From Alkalilimnicola ehrlichii MLHE-1 (GTDB lineage Bacteria > Pseudomonadota > Gammaproteobacteria > Nitrococcales > Halorhodospiraceae), in NCBI RefSeq assembly GCF_000014785.1, contig NC_008340.1, positions 2,730,001-2,762,000 on the forward strand: 32,000 bases of DNA, given 5' to 3'. Each line of letters opens with the position of its first letter. Position 1 is the first letter of the stretch. The notes under the pieces are model-generated. The model worked only from the letters and a program-made list of their open reading frames with translations, did no database searches and was not told the DNA's origin. This document shows, one piece after another, positions 1-9,029 of this stretch. The translations under genes and the position numbers were made by a program.

Positions 1-275
1 AGCGCCGAGAGGAAGACCTGATAGAGGCCGTCAGCGTCCACCGGGGTCTGCGAGACGATGGTGACATCGCCCCGCACCCGCGGGTCGACGATGAAGTTGA
101 CCCCGGTCTCCTGGGAGACCAGTGCCACCACCTCGCGCAGGTCCGCATCCTGGAAGTTGAGGGTGATCCCCTCGTCCTCTTCGGCCAGTACCGGCCCGCA
201 GAGCAGCAGCCCCACCAGCAGCACGCCGGCCCCGCAGCCGAGCCAGCGCCGCGCCCCCGCTATCAGCTGAATCAT
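1..275 (-). CDS. gspD: Type II secretion system secretin GspD, N-terminal fragment (continues beyond the left edge)
   Basis: The reverse complement of 1-275 reads MIQLIAGARRWLGCGAGVLLVGLLLCGPVLAEEDEGITLNFQDADLREVVALVSQETGVNFIVDPRVRGDVTIVSQTPVDADGLYQVFLSAL. This is a signal peptide followed by the typical secretin N0 motif (ITLNFQDADLREVV..G.NFIVDP.V.G.VT). The ATG (275-273) overlaps the gspC stop as ATGA, giving the canonical gspC-gspD order. It is absent from the ORF track because there is no stop in the window. Confidence 0.85.
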   Translation of the reverse strand, partial: MIQLIAGARRWLGCGAGVLLVGLLLCGPVLAEEDEGITLNFQDADLREVVALVSQETGVNFIVDPRVRGDVTIVSQTPVDADGLYQVFLSA

Positions 276-1258
276 TGCAGCTCCACTATCACGGTTTCCA
301 TCCGCCCGTCCCGGCGGACATCCAGGGTTATCCGGTCGGCGGTCGCCAGGCTGCCCATGAGTTCCCCCATCCGCGCCGGGTTATCCAGACCCACGCCGTT
401 GACCGCCGTCACCACGTCATCATCCCGCAGTCCGGCCTGACGGAACAGCGCCTGGTGCTGGACGGGCTGCAGCCGGTAGCCCTGCAGTCGTCCGCCCTCC
501 ATCACCGGCCGGACGTTGACGATATCCCACAGCCGTTCCGGGTTGCGCGTGAGTTCACCGCGCAGGTCGGACAGGGCCTCGCGGTCCACATCGCCCCGCG
601 CGGCCGCCGGGAGCACCCGGGCGGCATCCGACCCACGCCCGGCCTGGGTCCCGGGCACATCGAAGTCGGCGCTCGCGAGCAGTTCGGCCACTTTCCGGGG
701 CAGGCGCAGCAGCTCGTGGCGGCCGTCACGGCGCAGCACCACCCGGTCGGTGTGGACCTGGACCAGGGTGGCGCCACCCGGCACCTCGTCCGATACCCGG
801 AAGACCTCAGTGCGGCCCCGGCTGGCGATCAGCGCCGCGCCCTGGCCCTGGCCGCCACGGGCCAGCACCCCTTTCAGCTCCAGGTTGAGCCGGGTCTCCG
901 GGAGTTCCTCGGTGGCCAGGACGGCGTCCAGCTCGTCGTCGTCCTCGGCCTGCCCCAACAGGTGCAGGCGGGCCACCGCCGCCAGGCGCGTCTCGCCGGC
1001 ATCGGCCTCATCGCCGCCAGGCGCGGCAGGCTCCTCCGGCCCGGACCACGCCGCGGCAGGCACCTCCTGGGCCGGGCCGTAACCGAGCAGCCACCAGGTC
1101 AGGCGGGCACCCCCCTGCGCCAGCAGAATCACCAGCAGCACCGCCAGCAGCCAGCGCAGCCAGTGCCCGCCACGCCCGGTCAGCAGGCCGCCGGCAAAGG
1201 CGCCCAACCGCTCGACCCCGGCAATACCCAGCCCTCTGTATCCTGATTCGGCCGCCAT
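272..1258 (-). CDS. gspC: Type II secretion system protein GspC (N-terminal TM helix, HR/PilP-like domain, C-terminal PDZ)
   Basis: TM segment WLRWLLAVLLVILLAQ. HR-domain pattern TRLNLELKGVLA...ALIASRGRTEVFRVSDEVPGGATLVQVHTDRVVLRRDGRHELLRLP. PDZ-like C-terminus LRDDDVVTAVNGVGLDNPARMGELMGSL. It lies directly upstream of gspD. The track start at 1264 is GTG; the ATG at 1258 has GAGGTG 5 nt upstream and is preferred. Confidence 0.85.
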   Translation of the reverse strand: MAAESGYRGLGIAGVERLGAFAGGLLTGRGGHWLRWLLAVLLVILLAQGGARLTWWLLGYGPAQEVPAAAWSGPEEPAAPGGDEADAGETRLAAVARLHLLGQAEDDDELDAVLATEELPETRLNLELKGVLARGGQGQGAALIASRGRTEVFRVSDEVPGGATLVQVHTDRVVLRRDGRHELLRLPRKVAELLASADFDVPGTQAGRGSDAARVLPAAARGDVDREALSDLRGELTRNPERLWDIVNVRPVMEGGRLQGYRLQPVQHQALFRQAGLRDDDVVTAVNGVGLDNPARMGELMGSLATADRITLDVRRDGRMETVIVELQ

Positions 1259-1395
1259 GATCACCTCGGTGAATGAGTCCGCAGCATACCGGATGACCGG
1301 CAGGCCTTGAAGGGACCTGACACGCGTCGCATCGGGGCCATGAACATGCTGTAATAGGCGGCGTTCATCCTGGGCGACTCTCGGAGTGTTTCACG

Positions 1396-2133
1396 ATGCT
1401 GTGGCGTACCTCCCCGGTACTGGTTCTCCTGTTACTGGTGCTTTCCGGCTGTGCCACCACTTCAGGGCCGGACGACCGCCGCGCCGGTACCGCGGCGGAG
1501 CAGTACCGTGCGGGGGTGGCGGCACTGGACGAGGACGACCGGGCGGCCGCGCGCGAGCGCTTCGAGGCGCTGATCGAACGCCACGCCACCAGCCGCCACG
1601 CCGGCCAGGCCCGGGCGGAACTGGCCTGGCTGCATTACCGCGCCGGCGAGTTGGACGCCGCCCGGGAGCAGGCCTCCCGCATGGCGGAGACCCACCCGGA
1701 CCACCCCAGTCTGCCCTACGCGCTGTATGTCGCGGCCATGGCCGCGGAGCAACAGTGGGAGGACAGCCTGGCACGGGGTGAGCCGGATCAGCGGCTGGCC
1801 CGCCGCGCCTTTGCCGATTACCGGGCCGTGGTGGACCTGGATGCGGAGGACCGCCACGCCGGTCTGGCCCTGGAGGCGATGAGCGCACTGCGCGAGGCCA
1901 TCGCCCGCCACGAGCTGGACCTGGCCCGGACCCGGCTGGAGGATGGGGCGGCAGACGAGGCGCTGGACCGCGCCCGCTACGTGGGTGAGCACTACCCCCG
2001 TTCCGAGACGTTGGGCGATGCCATGGCGCTGCAGATCAATGCGCTGGAATCCCTGGGGGAGCAGGACAAGGCCGGCGAAGTGCGCCGGATGCTGCGCCTG
2101 CATCAACCGGACCATCCGGCGGTGCAGGATTAG
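1396..2133 (+). CDS. bamD: Outer membrane protein assembly factor BamD (lipoprotein, TPR-like)
   Basis: Lipobox LLVLSGC at the N-terminus. It is collinear with my recollection of E. coli BamD: RFEALIERH...AELAWLHYRAGELDAAREQASRMAETHPDHPSLPYALYVAAM, then ARRAFADYRAVV, ...ARHELDLARTRLEDGA..A..RA.YVGEHYPRSE. Length is 245 aa. Confidence 0.85.
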   Translation: MLWRTSPVLVLLLLVLSGCATTSGPDDRRAGTAAEQYRAGVAALDEDDRAAARERFEALIERHATSRHAGQARAELAWLHYRAGELDAAREQASRMAETHPDHPSLPYALYVAAMAAEQQWEDSLARGEPDQRLARRAFADYRAVVDLDAEDRHAGLALEAMSALREAIARHELDLARTRLEDGAADEALDRARYVGEHYPRSETLGDAMALQINALESLGEQDKAGEVRRMLRLHQPDHPAVQD

Positions 2134-2906
2134 CCCACCCCGCTGAGGTGATCCAGCACCCGGGACATCGCCGGGTTGAAGCGCGCGGGGTCCTCCATCT
2201 GCAGGAAATGCCCGCACCCTGCCAGGCGCTGCTCCTCAATCCGACCGGCCCAGCGCGCGCGGGCGCTCTCCGGGATCAGGTCACCGTTAATGGCGTGCAC
2301 CGGGCATTCCACCCGCTCCAGCACCGGCGCCGGATCCCAGGCCAGCAGTGCCTGCCAGGCCGGGAGCACGGCGGCCACATCCACCGCGCTCATCTCCCGG
2401 CTCAGGCGTGCCTTCAGGCTCGCCGGCGTCCCGGCGGTGCTGGTCTGCTCCAGCAGCCCCTGGATCGCGGCGGGAAAGTCCGCCGCGAAGGGCGCGTAGA
2501 TGGCCTGCCGGGTGGCGGCATCCAACCCGCCATAGTCGATCACGAAGGTGTCCACCAGCAGCACGCCGGCGACCCGGTCGGGTCGCCGGGCAGCCAGTTC
2601 CAGGGCCACCGCACCGCCCATGGAGTGCCCCATCACCACAACGCCCTGCAGGTCCCTCTCCAGCACCAGGGTCTCCAGGTCCTCGGCGTAGCGCGCCGGT
2701 GAGCGCGGCTCCACGGGCCTGTCGGAACACCCGTGCCCGGGCAGGTCCGGCAACACTACCCGGTGACGGCCTGCCAGGGCGTCCAACTGATCCGCCCAAT
2801 AGTCCGACCGGCAGGACCAGCCGTGCACCGCCAGTACCGTCGGGTCGGGGCCGTCGACCCAGCCATGGCGCATCACCGCGCCGTCTGCGCACAGGGTCTC
2901 ACCCAT
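2130..2906 (-). CDS. Alpha/beta-fold hydrolase
   Basis: Motifs HGWSCRSDYW (oxyanion-hole HG region), nucleophile elbow GHSMGG, and a C-terminal GCGHFLQMEDP catalytic His region. I chose the internal ATG at 2906 (MGETLCADGAVMRHGW) over the track start at 3035, which would overlap the divergent LuxR gene. Confidence 0.8.
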   Translation of the reverse strand: MGETLCADGAVMRHGWVDGPDPTVLAVHGWSCRSDYWADQLDALAGRHRVVLPDLPGHGCSDRPVEPRSPARYAEDLETLVLERDLQGVVVMGHSMGGAVALELAARRPDRVAGVLLVDTFVIDYGGLDAATRQAIYAPFAADFPAAIQGLLEQTSTAGTPASLKARLSREMSAVDVAAVLPAWQALLAWDPAPVLERVECPVHAINGDLIPESARARWAGRIEEQRLAGCGHFLQMEDPARFNPAMSRVLDHLSGVG

Positions 2907-3004
2907 ATTAGTGAACTGCTTCACAGCCAAGCCCTCTCCAAGGGTGCCGGAAAATCCGTACAGCGCTACTCTGTTTGTGGGAAGACTAGACCAGCGTCGC
3001 GAAA

Positions 3005-4270
3005 ATGGCAGTGGCGAACCGGCATTGCGGCGCATTCCGGAGCCGGAGGGGGAGTGGGGCGTTGAGTTCGCAATGGGTTAAGGTGAAGGGGCGGTGCCTG
3101 TCCACGCTGGATGACCTGGTCGAGACCCTCTACACCGCCGCCGCCTCGTCCCTGGGCTGGGATGAGTTCTTGCAGGCGGTGGTACGGGCCAGCGATTCGC
3201 GCTCGGCACGCATGCTGATCCTGAACGCGGACGCCGACCAGGTGACCAGCAGTATCCAGTGGCAGATTGACCCCGGCTATCACCAGCGCTACGTCGATTA
3301 TTACGTCAATGCCTGCCCCTGGCGCCCCGAATTGCGCCAGAAACCCCCCGGCCGCCTCTACTCCACCTACACCGACTTCAGTTGCCCTCAGCCCGATTAT
3401 TATCGCACCGAGTTTTTCAACGACTGGGCCGGCCCACAGGACATTCACCATGGCGCCTGCGGCACCTTTTATCGGGACGGCGACCAGACCCTGCAACTGC
3501 TGGTGCAGCGCACCCGGCGCCAGGGCCCCTATCTGGCACAGGACATGCGCCTACTCAACGATCTGATCCCGCACCTGCAACGGGCGGTGCTGATACAGCG
3601 CCAGATCGTCGCCTGCGAAGGACTGCACCGATCGGTCTCGGCCGCGGCCCGGCTGGCACCGCTGCCCTTTGTGCTGTTCAATGAGCAGGGGCGGGTGGTG
3701 CACCTGGAACCCACCGCCGAGGCCCTGATCGACAACGATCCACGCCTGCAGCTCCACCAGGCCCGGTTGACCCTGACCGTGCCCTGCCAGGGGCCACACC
3801 TTTCCCACCTGATCCGGCAGGCCATCCGTGCCGCCCTGGGCCATACCTGGTCCGCCGCCGGTGGCCTGCTCCGGCTGGATGCCCAGGGCAAGCAGCCGCT
3901 GAACCTGCTGGTGGCACCGTTACCCCCGGAAGCACGCCCCTTTCACCTCTGCCCCTACCCCGCTCACGCCGCACTCTTTCTGCATGACCCGGCACAGACC
4001 CGTCAGGTGGACCAGGGGTTGCTGGCGGAGCTCCATGGATTGACCGAGGCCGAGGCCCGGGTGGCGGCCGAGCTGGTGACCGGCGCCTCGCCAGGCCAGG
4101 TGGCGGAGCTGTTGGGCGTAACCGACCACACCGTGCGCACCCAGCTCAAGTCGGTCTTTCGCAAGATGCGCGTCTCCCGGCAGGCCGATCTCGTCCGGGC
4201 GGTGCTCACCGGCCCCGCCTACCGCTGCGCGCTCGGCCTGCCGGGTTTCTCCCTGGTACCTCGCCACTGA
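3005..4270 (+). CDS. LuxR-family transcriptional regulator (uncharacterised N-terminal domain plus C-terminal GerE/LuxR HTH)
   Basis: The C-terminal sequence LTEAEARVAAELVTGASPGQVAELLGVTDHTVRTQLKSVFRKMRVSRQADLVRAV is a classic LuxR/GerE HTH. The N-terminus contains the DDLVETLYTAAASSLGWDEFLQAVV motif common at the very start of this regulator class. The true start may therefore be the GTG at 3083 rather than the ATG at 3005. Confidence 0.8.
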   Translation: MAVANRHCGAFRSRRGSGALSSQWVKVKGRCLSTLDDLVETLYTAAASSLGWDEFLQAVVRASDSRSARMLILNADADQVTSSIQWQIDPGYHQRYVDYYVNACPWRPELRQKPPGRLYSTYTDFSCPQPDYYRTEFFNDWAGPQDIHHGACGTFYRDGDQTLQLLVQRTRRQGPYLAQDMRLLNDLIPHLQRAVLIQRQIVACEGLHRSVSAAARLAPLPFVLFNEQGRVVHLEPTAEALIDNDPRLQLHQARLTLTVPCQGPHLSHLIRQAIRAALGHTWSAAGGLLRLDAQGKQPLNLLVAPLPPEARPFHLCPYPAHAALFLHDPAQTRQVDQGLLAELHGLTEAEARVAAELVTGASPGQVAELLGVTDHTVRTQLKSVFRKMRVSRQADLVRAVLTGPAYRCALGLPGFSLVPRH

Positions 4271-4301
4271 ATCGCTTCCCCATTCCGGTCACACCCGGGT
4301 T

Positions 4302-4317
4302 TCACCCATTTGGGTGA
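4302..4317. promoter_or_regulatory. Perfect palindrome TCACCCA-TT-TGGGTGA, a candidate operator
   Basis: 7+7 bp inverted repeat with a 2-nt spacer, too tight to form a hairpin loop. It lies about 30 nt after the LuxR stop and about 93 nt upstream of the lipoprotein ATG. A second inverted repeat, CACGGCA-N10-TGCCGTG, lies at 4354-4377. Confidence 0.3.
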
Positions 4318-4409
4318 TGCCGCCGGGTCGCCGGGCCCGCTATAAGCCCGGGACACGGCAACAGCGGGTGTGCCGTGGACCATCCGTGGTTGAATCGAGG
4401 GGAGAGACC

Positions 4410-6473
4410 ATGAAACGGCTATTACTGATCGCGCTCACCCTGTTGCTGAGCCTGGCCCTGGCCGGTTGCTTCAGCAGCAGCAGTAGCAGCAATGGAACGG
4501 ACACGGACAACGGGGCCCCGGAGAACGGGGAGATCGACAACGGCGTACCGGGTGAGGATGAGAACGGCGACGCGGACATTGACGAGATTTCCGGCGAGGC
4601 GCTGATCGGTGCCGACTGGGCCACCGTCGGCGCCACCGCACGGATCGATGACGACAGGCTGGTGGCGGCCCAGACCAATGGCTTGGTCCCGGTGGCAGGC
4701 GGCACCGTCCAGCTCATCGAACTGAACGACAATGGCGAACCGGTGAGAACGGAGGGTGACGCTGGTGAGGTGGTGGTGCTCGCCGAAGCCTCCATCAGTG
4801 AAACCGGCAACTACTCCATCGCCCTGCCGGATGATGTGGCACTGGGGGCCAATATGGCCCTGCGTTTCCAGGTCCCGGAAAGCGATCAGTACCTCCGGGC
4901 CGCAACCACCGGCGCAGAGGTGGAGATCAGCCCGGTCTCGGAGTACGTGCTGCGCCGCCTGGCGGAGCAGCGGGTGCGCCTCAGCCGCCTGGATACCGGC
5001 ACCCTGCTCAACCTCACTGGCCAGGTACGGGATAACGCCACTGATTTCGGGGCCACACCGGAAAGTTGGGCGGAGACCGTGATCGAAGAGGTGGATCAGG
5101 ACTTCTCGGAGGCAAAGGATGCCCGCGACATCGACATGATCGCCGGGGCGTGGCACCTGTTGGACTTCAACCTGTACGTCGGCGCCTGGAACGACGCCCC
5201 CCAGGAGGAGTTGGCCGCCGGGACCGGGTTGTTGACCCTGGATCTGAGCCCCTCCGCGGAGGACCCCCGCGACGGGGACGTGACCATAATCGATGACCTG
5301 TTCGTTTTCGGCTCACGCCGTGGTGAGTTTGTCCACACCGAAATCGCGGTGGACAGTGGACTGAACGAGGCACTGCCCGGGATCGCGCAATTGGGCGACA
5401 CCGACCCCCGGCTCTTTGTCTCGGCACCCGCCGAGGTCCATTGTGATGATGACAACGGCGGGTTGATCTTCGTGTGGGGTCCGCAGGCGCTGACATTCAA
5501 TCCGGCCGGCGTGCTCGGTGAGGACACCAGTCTGTTTGCCGGCAGCCTGGTGCGCACCGAGCGCATCTTCACCTTCGACACCCAGGGCAACTGTGTGGTG
5601 GACGCGGACAACCGCACCGCCACCCGGGCAGAAATGCAGGTCAACGTCCTGGCCCGGGGCGACGGCCGCGCGCTGTCCGCCGCGGAGAACGTGACCTACG
5701 GAATCGTCGGGCTTCAGGTGGAACTCCCGGAAAACGACGAGCAGCCACTGCTGCTGGGCCGCATTGGCACCTTTGCCTTCGGTGACCGGATCAACGGCGA
5801 GATAGGCGGCGATGCCCGGCTGGACGAATGGGAGGTGGAGCTGTTCGAGGGGCGGATGGAGGAAGACGCCCTGGGTTCCGAGTTCGACATCACCCTGCAC
5901 GACACCGGTAGCGGGCCGCTGCGCCTGGCCTTCGAGGGCGATGACCCGCAGGACGGCCTGGACGCCACCGTGTCGGAAGATGGCGGTCTGTTCTCCATGG
6001 TCACCCTGGTCGGCGACGAGGACGAGGCCAGCCCGGGCCTGTTCCTGGGCGTCCCCTTAGGCAGCCCGAGCGACGACCCGATACCCACGGGCCGTTACGC
6101 CTGGCAGGGAGTGGATGCGGAGTTCAACGAGGGCGGTAACGTCCTGGTGGCCCGGTACCGGGGGACGATAGAAATCGCCTCCAATGGCAACGGCGGCACC
6201 CTGACCCTCGTCGAGCTGAGCGAGCGAGCAGCAGAGGTGCAGGGCGGTGCGCTGCAGTGGCGCCAGGAGGAGGAGGCCGACATCGCCTTTGATATCAGCC
6301 CGGTGGGCACCAATGGCCGGATCGTGGTGGACGCGGGAGACACCGTGATTGAGGGCTACGCCTCAGCGGATGGCGACACCGTCGTGCTGCTCCGGCGGTA
6401 TGCCGGCCCTTCCCCGGAGGGTGAGCCCGAGGCCGGCTTCGGCCTGTGGATCGGCACCCGCATCGACGACTGA
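4410..6473 (+). CDS. Large, strongly acidic secreted lipoprotein of unknown function
   Basis: The ATG at 4410 is preceded by GAGGGGAGAG. The N-terminus is MKRLLLIALTLLLSLALAGC (signal peptide plus lipobox), followed by a Ser-run linker (FSSSSSSNG) and a D/E/G/N-rich stretch. The segment VAGGTVQLIELNDNGEP...ETGNYSIALPDD resembles a carboxypeptidase-regulatory-like beta-sandwich (inference). The 687-aa ORF is uninterrupted. Confidence 0.8.
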   Translation: MKRLLLIALTLLLSLALAGCFSSSSSSNGTDTDNGAPENGEIDNGVPGEDENGDADIDEISGEALIGADWATVGATARIDDDRLVAAQTNGLVPVAGGTVQLIELNDNGEPVRTEGDAGEVVVLAEASISETGNYSIALPDDVALGANMALRFQVPESDQYLRAATTGAEVEISPVSEYVLRRLAEQRVRLSRLDTGTLLNLTGQVRDNATDFGATPESWAETVIEEVDQDFSEAKDARDIDMIAGAWHLLDFNLYVGAWNDAPQEELAAGTGLLTLDLSPSAEDPRDGDVTIIDDLFVFGSRRGEFVHTEIAVDSGLNEALPGIAQLGDTDPRLFVSAPAEVHCDDDNGGLIFVWGPQALTFNPAGVLGEDTSLFAGSLVRTERIFTFDTQGNCVVDADNRTATRAEMQVNVLARGDGRALSAAENVTYGIVGLQVELPENDEQPLLLGRIGTFAFGDRINGEIGGDARLDEWEVELFEGRMEEDALGSEFDITLHDTGSGPLRLAFEGDDPQDGLDATVSEDGGLFSMVTLVGDEDEASPGLFLGVPLGSPSDDPIPTGRYAWQGVDAEFNEGGNVLVARYRGTIEIASNGNGGTLTLVELSERAAEVQGGALQWRQEEEADIAFDISPVGTNGRIVVDAGDTVIEGYASADGDTVVLLRRYAGPSPEGEPEAGFGLWIGTRIDD

Positions 6474-6493
6474 CGTCCGTCCCGCCGGCCTTT

Positions 6494-6521
6494 CCCCGGC
6501 CACCACCCTCGGTGGCCGGGG
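6494..6521. terminator. GC-rich hairpin between convergent genes (candidate bidirectional terminator)
   Basis: CCCCGGCCACC-accctc-GGTGGCCGGGG, a perfect 11-bp stem. The flanking T/A tracts are poor (TTT on the 5' side only). Confidence 0.4.
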
Positions 6522-6548
6522 CTTCCTACTCCACCGCACGCTGTCACG

Positions 6549-9029
6549 CTAGTCATCCGGATCGCGCAACAGCGCCATCGGCGACTGCCGGTAGTGCGCC
6601 CGCGTGGCCAGTGCCCCGGCGACCCAGACCAGCACCGCGCCCCCCGCCGCTCCCAGCATCGGCAGCCAGGGGTTGAACCGGTAGTCCAGGTCGAACAACG
6701 GCCCGGCCGCGCCCCAGCCGGCCACCCCGGCGGCCAGCCCGGCCAGCCCCCCGCTCAGCGCCCCCAGCAACAGGAACTCACCCCGCGCCATGCGCCGGAT
6801 ATGCGCCCGGCTGGCCCCCAGCGAGCGCATCAGCGCGGTCTCGAACCGGCGCTGGTCGCCCGTGATCTGCAGCGCCGCCAGCAGCACCAGCACGCCGGCC
6901 ACCAAGGTCAGGGTGGCCATCAGCTCCACCACCCGCGAGCCCTGGCGGATGATATCGCGGGCCGCCTCCAGGATCACCCCCAGGTCCACCGGGGTGACGC
7001 TGGGGAACTGGCGGACCAGGTCGGCGATGACCCGCGCCTCGCCCTGCGGCAGGTGGAAGCTGGTGATGTAGGTGGTGGGGGCACCCGCCAACAGCCCCGG
7101 GTTGCCGATGACGAAGAAGTTCACATTGAAGCTGTCCCATTGCACCCGGCGAAGGCTGGTGACCTCCCCGCTCACCTCGCGGCCGCTGATGCGGTAGGTG
7201 AGCGTGTCGCCCACGTCGACCCCAATGCGCCGGGCGATGTCCTCCTCCACCGACCACTCGGGCCGGTCGCTGTCGCGCTCATCGAACCAGCGGCCGCGGA
7301 CGACCCGGTTGTCGTCGGGCATCGCATCGGTGTGCGAGAGATTGAACTCCCGCGAGACCAGCCGCCGGGTGCGCGGCTCGGCGTACGTCTCCGGGTTGAC
7401 CGCCTCACCGTTTATGCCCACCAGGCGCCCCCGGATCATCGGGTAGAGTTCAGGCCGCACGCCGGCCTCCTCCTGCAGGAAGGCCTGCAGGCTGTCCACC
7501 TCGTCGGGCTGGACGTTGATCAGGAAGTAATTGGGGGCCTGGGGGTCGACACCCCGCTCCCAGGTGGCGAGCAGGTCCTCGCGCACCACTGACAGCAGGA
7601 GCAACGCGGTCAGCCCCAGCCCCACGGCGACGATCTGCAGGGTGGCAGTGGCCGGCCGGCGCACCAGCCCGGAGAGGGTGGTGATACGGGCCCGGCGGGT
7701 CCGGCGCAGGCCGTAGACCACCGCGGCGGCGATCAACCCGAGGGCGCCCAGCCCGGCCATCACCGCCGCAAAGACCGAGACGGCCAGGCGCAGGTCGCCG
7801 CCCTGCCACCACATGAGTGCGAAGATGACCACCAGCGCCACCGGATAGGGCAGCCAGCCGCGCAGCACCCCGGCGCCGGCGTCCCGGCGCAGCACCCGCA
7901 GGGGTGGGACATCCCGCAGGCGCAGCAGGCTGGGCAGGGCGAAGCCGAGCAGCGAGGCCAACGCCACCAGGATGCCGGTCACCGCAGGCAGCGGCCCGGG
8001 GCCGGCGAGATCGTCGGGCAGGTAGTCGGCGAGCAGTTCCACCATGCCCAGGTGCAGGCCGTAACCCAACACGGTACCCACCAGCCCCGCCAGCAGCCCC
8101 AGCCAGAGCAGCTTCCAAGCGAGGATGGCGGTGACCTGGCGCTGGGTGGCCCCCAGACAGCGCATGATGGCAATACGGTCGATCTGCCGGCCGGCGTAGT
8201 GGCGCACGGTGAGCAGGATGGCCACCCCCGCCACCACCACGGTGAGCAGCGCGGCCAGCCCGAGGAAGCGCTGGGCCTGCTCCATGACCGAGCTCAGGGC
8301 CGGGTCGCCCTCTCCCGGGGCCTGGATTTCCGCCCCCGGGGCGTGATCGGTGAGCCACGCCTCGTAGCGGGAGAGATCCGCCGGTGCGCCCGCCAGCATG
8401 AGCCGGTAGCGGATGCGGCTGCCCTCCTGGACAAGGCCGGTCGCTTCCAGGTCCTCCCAGTGGATCAGCACCCGCGGAGCCAGGTTGAAGAAGCCACCGC
8501 CACGATCCGGCTCCAGGGCGATCAGCCGCTCTGCCCGGAACGCCCGGGCGCCCACTTCCAGGGTATCGCCCAGGCTCATTTCCAGGAGCGGCAGCAGGCG
8601 TGGCGCGACCCAGGCAGTGCCAGGCGCCGGCGGCTGCCGCACTGCGCTCTGCGGGCCATCGGGCCGGTCCCGCAGTTGCAGGCTGCCGCGCAGCGGGTAA
8701 CCCGACTCCACCGCCTTCAGGGAGACCAGTTGGGTGTGGTCGTCGGCCAGGACCACGCTGGGGAACTCGGCGCTGCGCACCACCCGCAACCCGTGTTCGC
8801 GGGCCTGCTCCACCCACTCCAGCGGGATGGGCTCGTTGCTGCGCACCACCCGGTCGCCGCCCAGCAGTTCCGCGGCCCGGGCGTCGGTGGCCTGGGCCAC
8901 CCGGTCGGCCAGCCAGGCCACCCCGGAGACGGCCGCCACGGCGATGATCACCGCCGCCAGCAGCAGGCGCAGCTCGCCGGCACGGGCGTCGCGCCAGAGC
9001 AGGCGCAGGGCCTGGCGCCAGGGTTTCAT
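6549..9029 (-). CDS. ybbP: FtsX-like ABC transporter permease, YbbP family (two FtsX/MacB-type permease modules)
   Basis: 826 aa. N-terminus MKPWRQALRLLWRDARAGELRLLLAAVIIAVAAVSG. There are about 10 TM segments flanking large periplasmic loops. The ATG overlaps the ybbA stop (ATGA at 9026-9029). The tesA / ybbA-ybbP arrangement is conserved. Confidence 0.9.
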   Translation of the reverse strand: MKPWRQALRLLWRDARAGELRLLLAAVIIAVAAVSGVAWLADRVAQATDARAAELLGGDRVVRSNEPIPLEWVEQAREHGLRVVRSAEFPSVVLADDHTQLVSLKAVESGYPLRGSLQLRDRPDGPQSAVRQPPAPGTAWVAPRLLPLLEMSLGDTLEVGARAFRAERLIALEPDRGGGFFNLAPRVLIHWEDLEATGLVQEGSRIRYRLMLAGAPADLSRYEAWLTDHAPGAEIQAPGEGDPALSSVMEQAQRFLGLAALLTVVVAGVAILLTVRHYAGRQIDRIAIMRCLGATQRQVTAILAWKLLWLGLLAGLVGTVLGYGLHLGMVELLADYLPDDLAGPGPLPAVTGILVALASLLGFALPSLLRLRDVPPLRVLRRDAGAGVLRGWLPYPVALVVIFALMWWQGGDLRLAVSVFAAVMAGLGALGLIAAAVVYGLRRTRRARITTLSGLVRRPATATLQIVAVGLGLTALLLLSVVREDLLATWERGVDPQAPNYFLINVQPDEVDSLQAFLQEEAGVRPELYPMIRGRLVGINGEAVNPETYAEPRTRRLVSREFNLSHTDAMPDDNRVVRGRWFDERDSDRPEWSVEEDIARRIGVDVGDTLTYRISGREVSGEVTSLRRVQWDSFNVNFFVIGNPGLLAGAPTTYITSFHLPQGEARVIADLVRQFPSVTPVDLGVILEAARDIIRQGSRVVELMATLTLVAGVLVLLAALQITGDQRRFETALMRSLGASRAHIRRMARGEFLLLGALSGGLAGLAAGVAGWGAAGPLFDLDYRFNPWLPMLGAAGGAVLVWVAGALATRAHYRQSPMALLRDPDD

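Noticed and set aside
58-270. 70-aa plus-strand ORF
   Set aside because: It is antisense to the gspD N-terminus, which carries the conserved secretin N0 motif.
275-1246. 323-aa plus-strand ORF and the nested ORFs at 502-777 and 516-1082
   Set aside because: They are antisense or off-frame to gspC, which has TM, HR and PDZ features on the minus strand.
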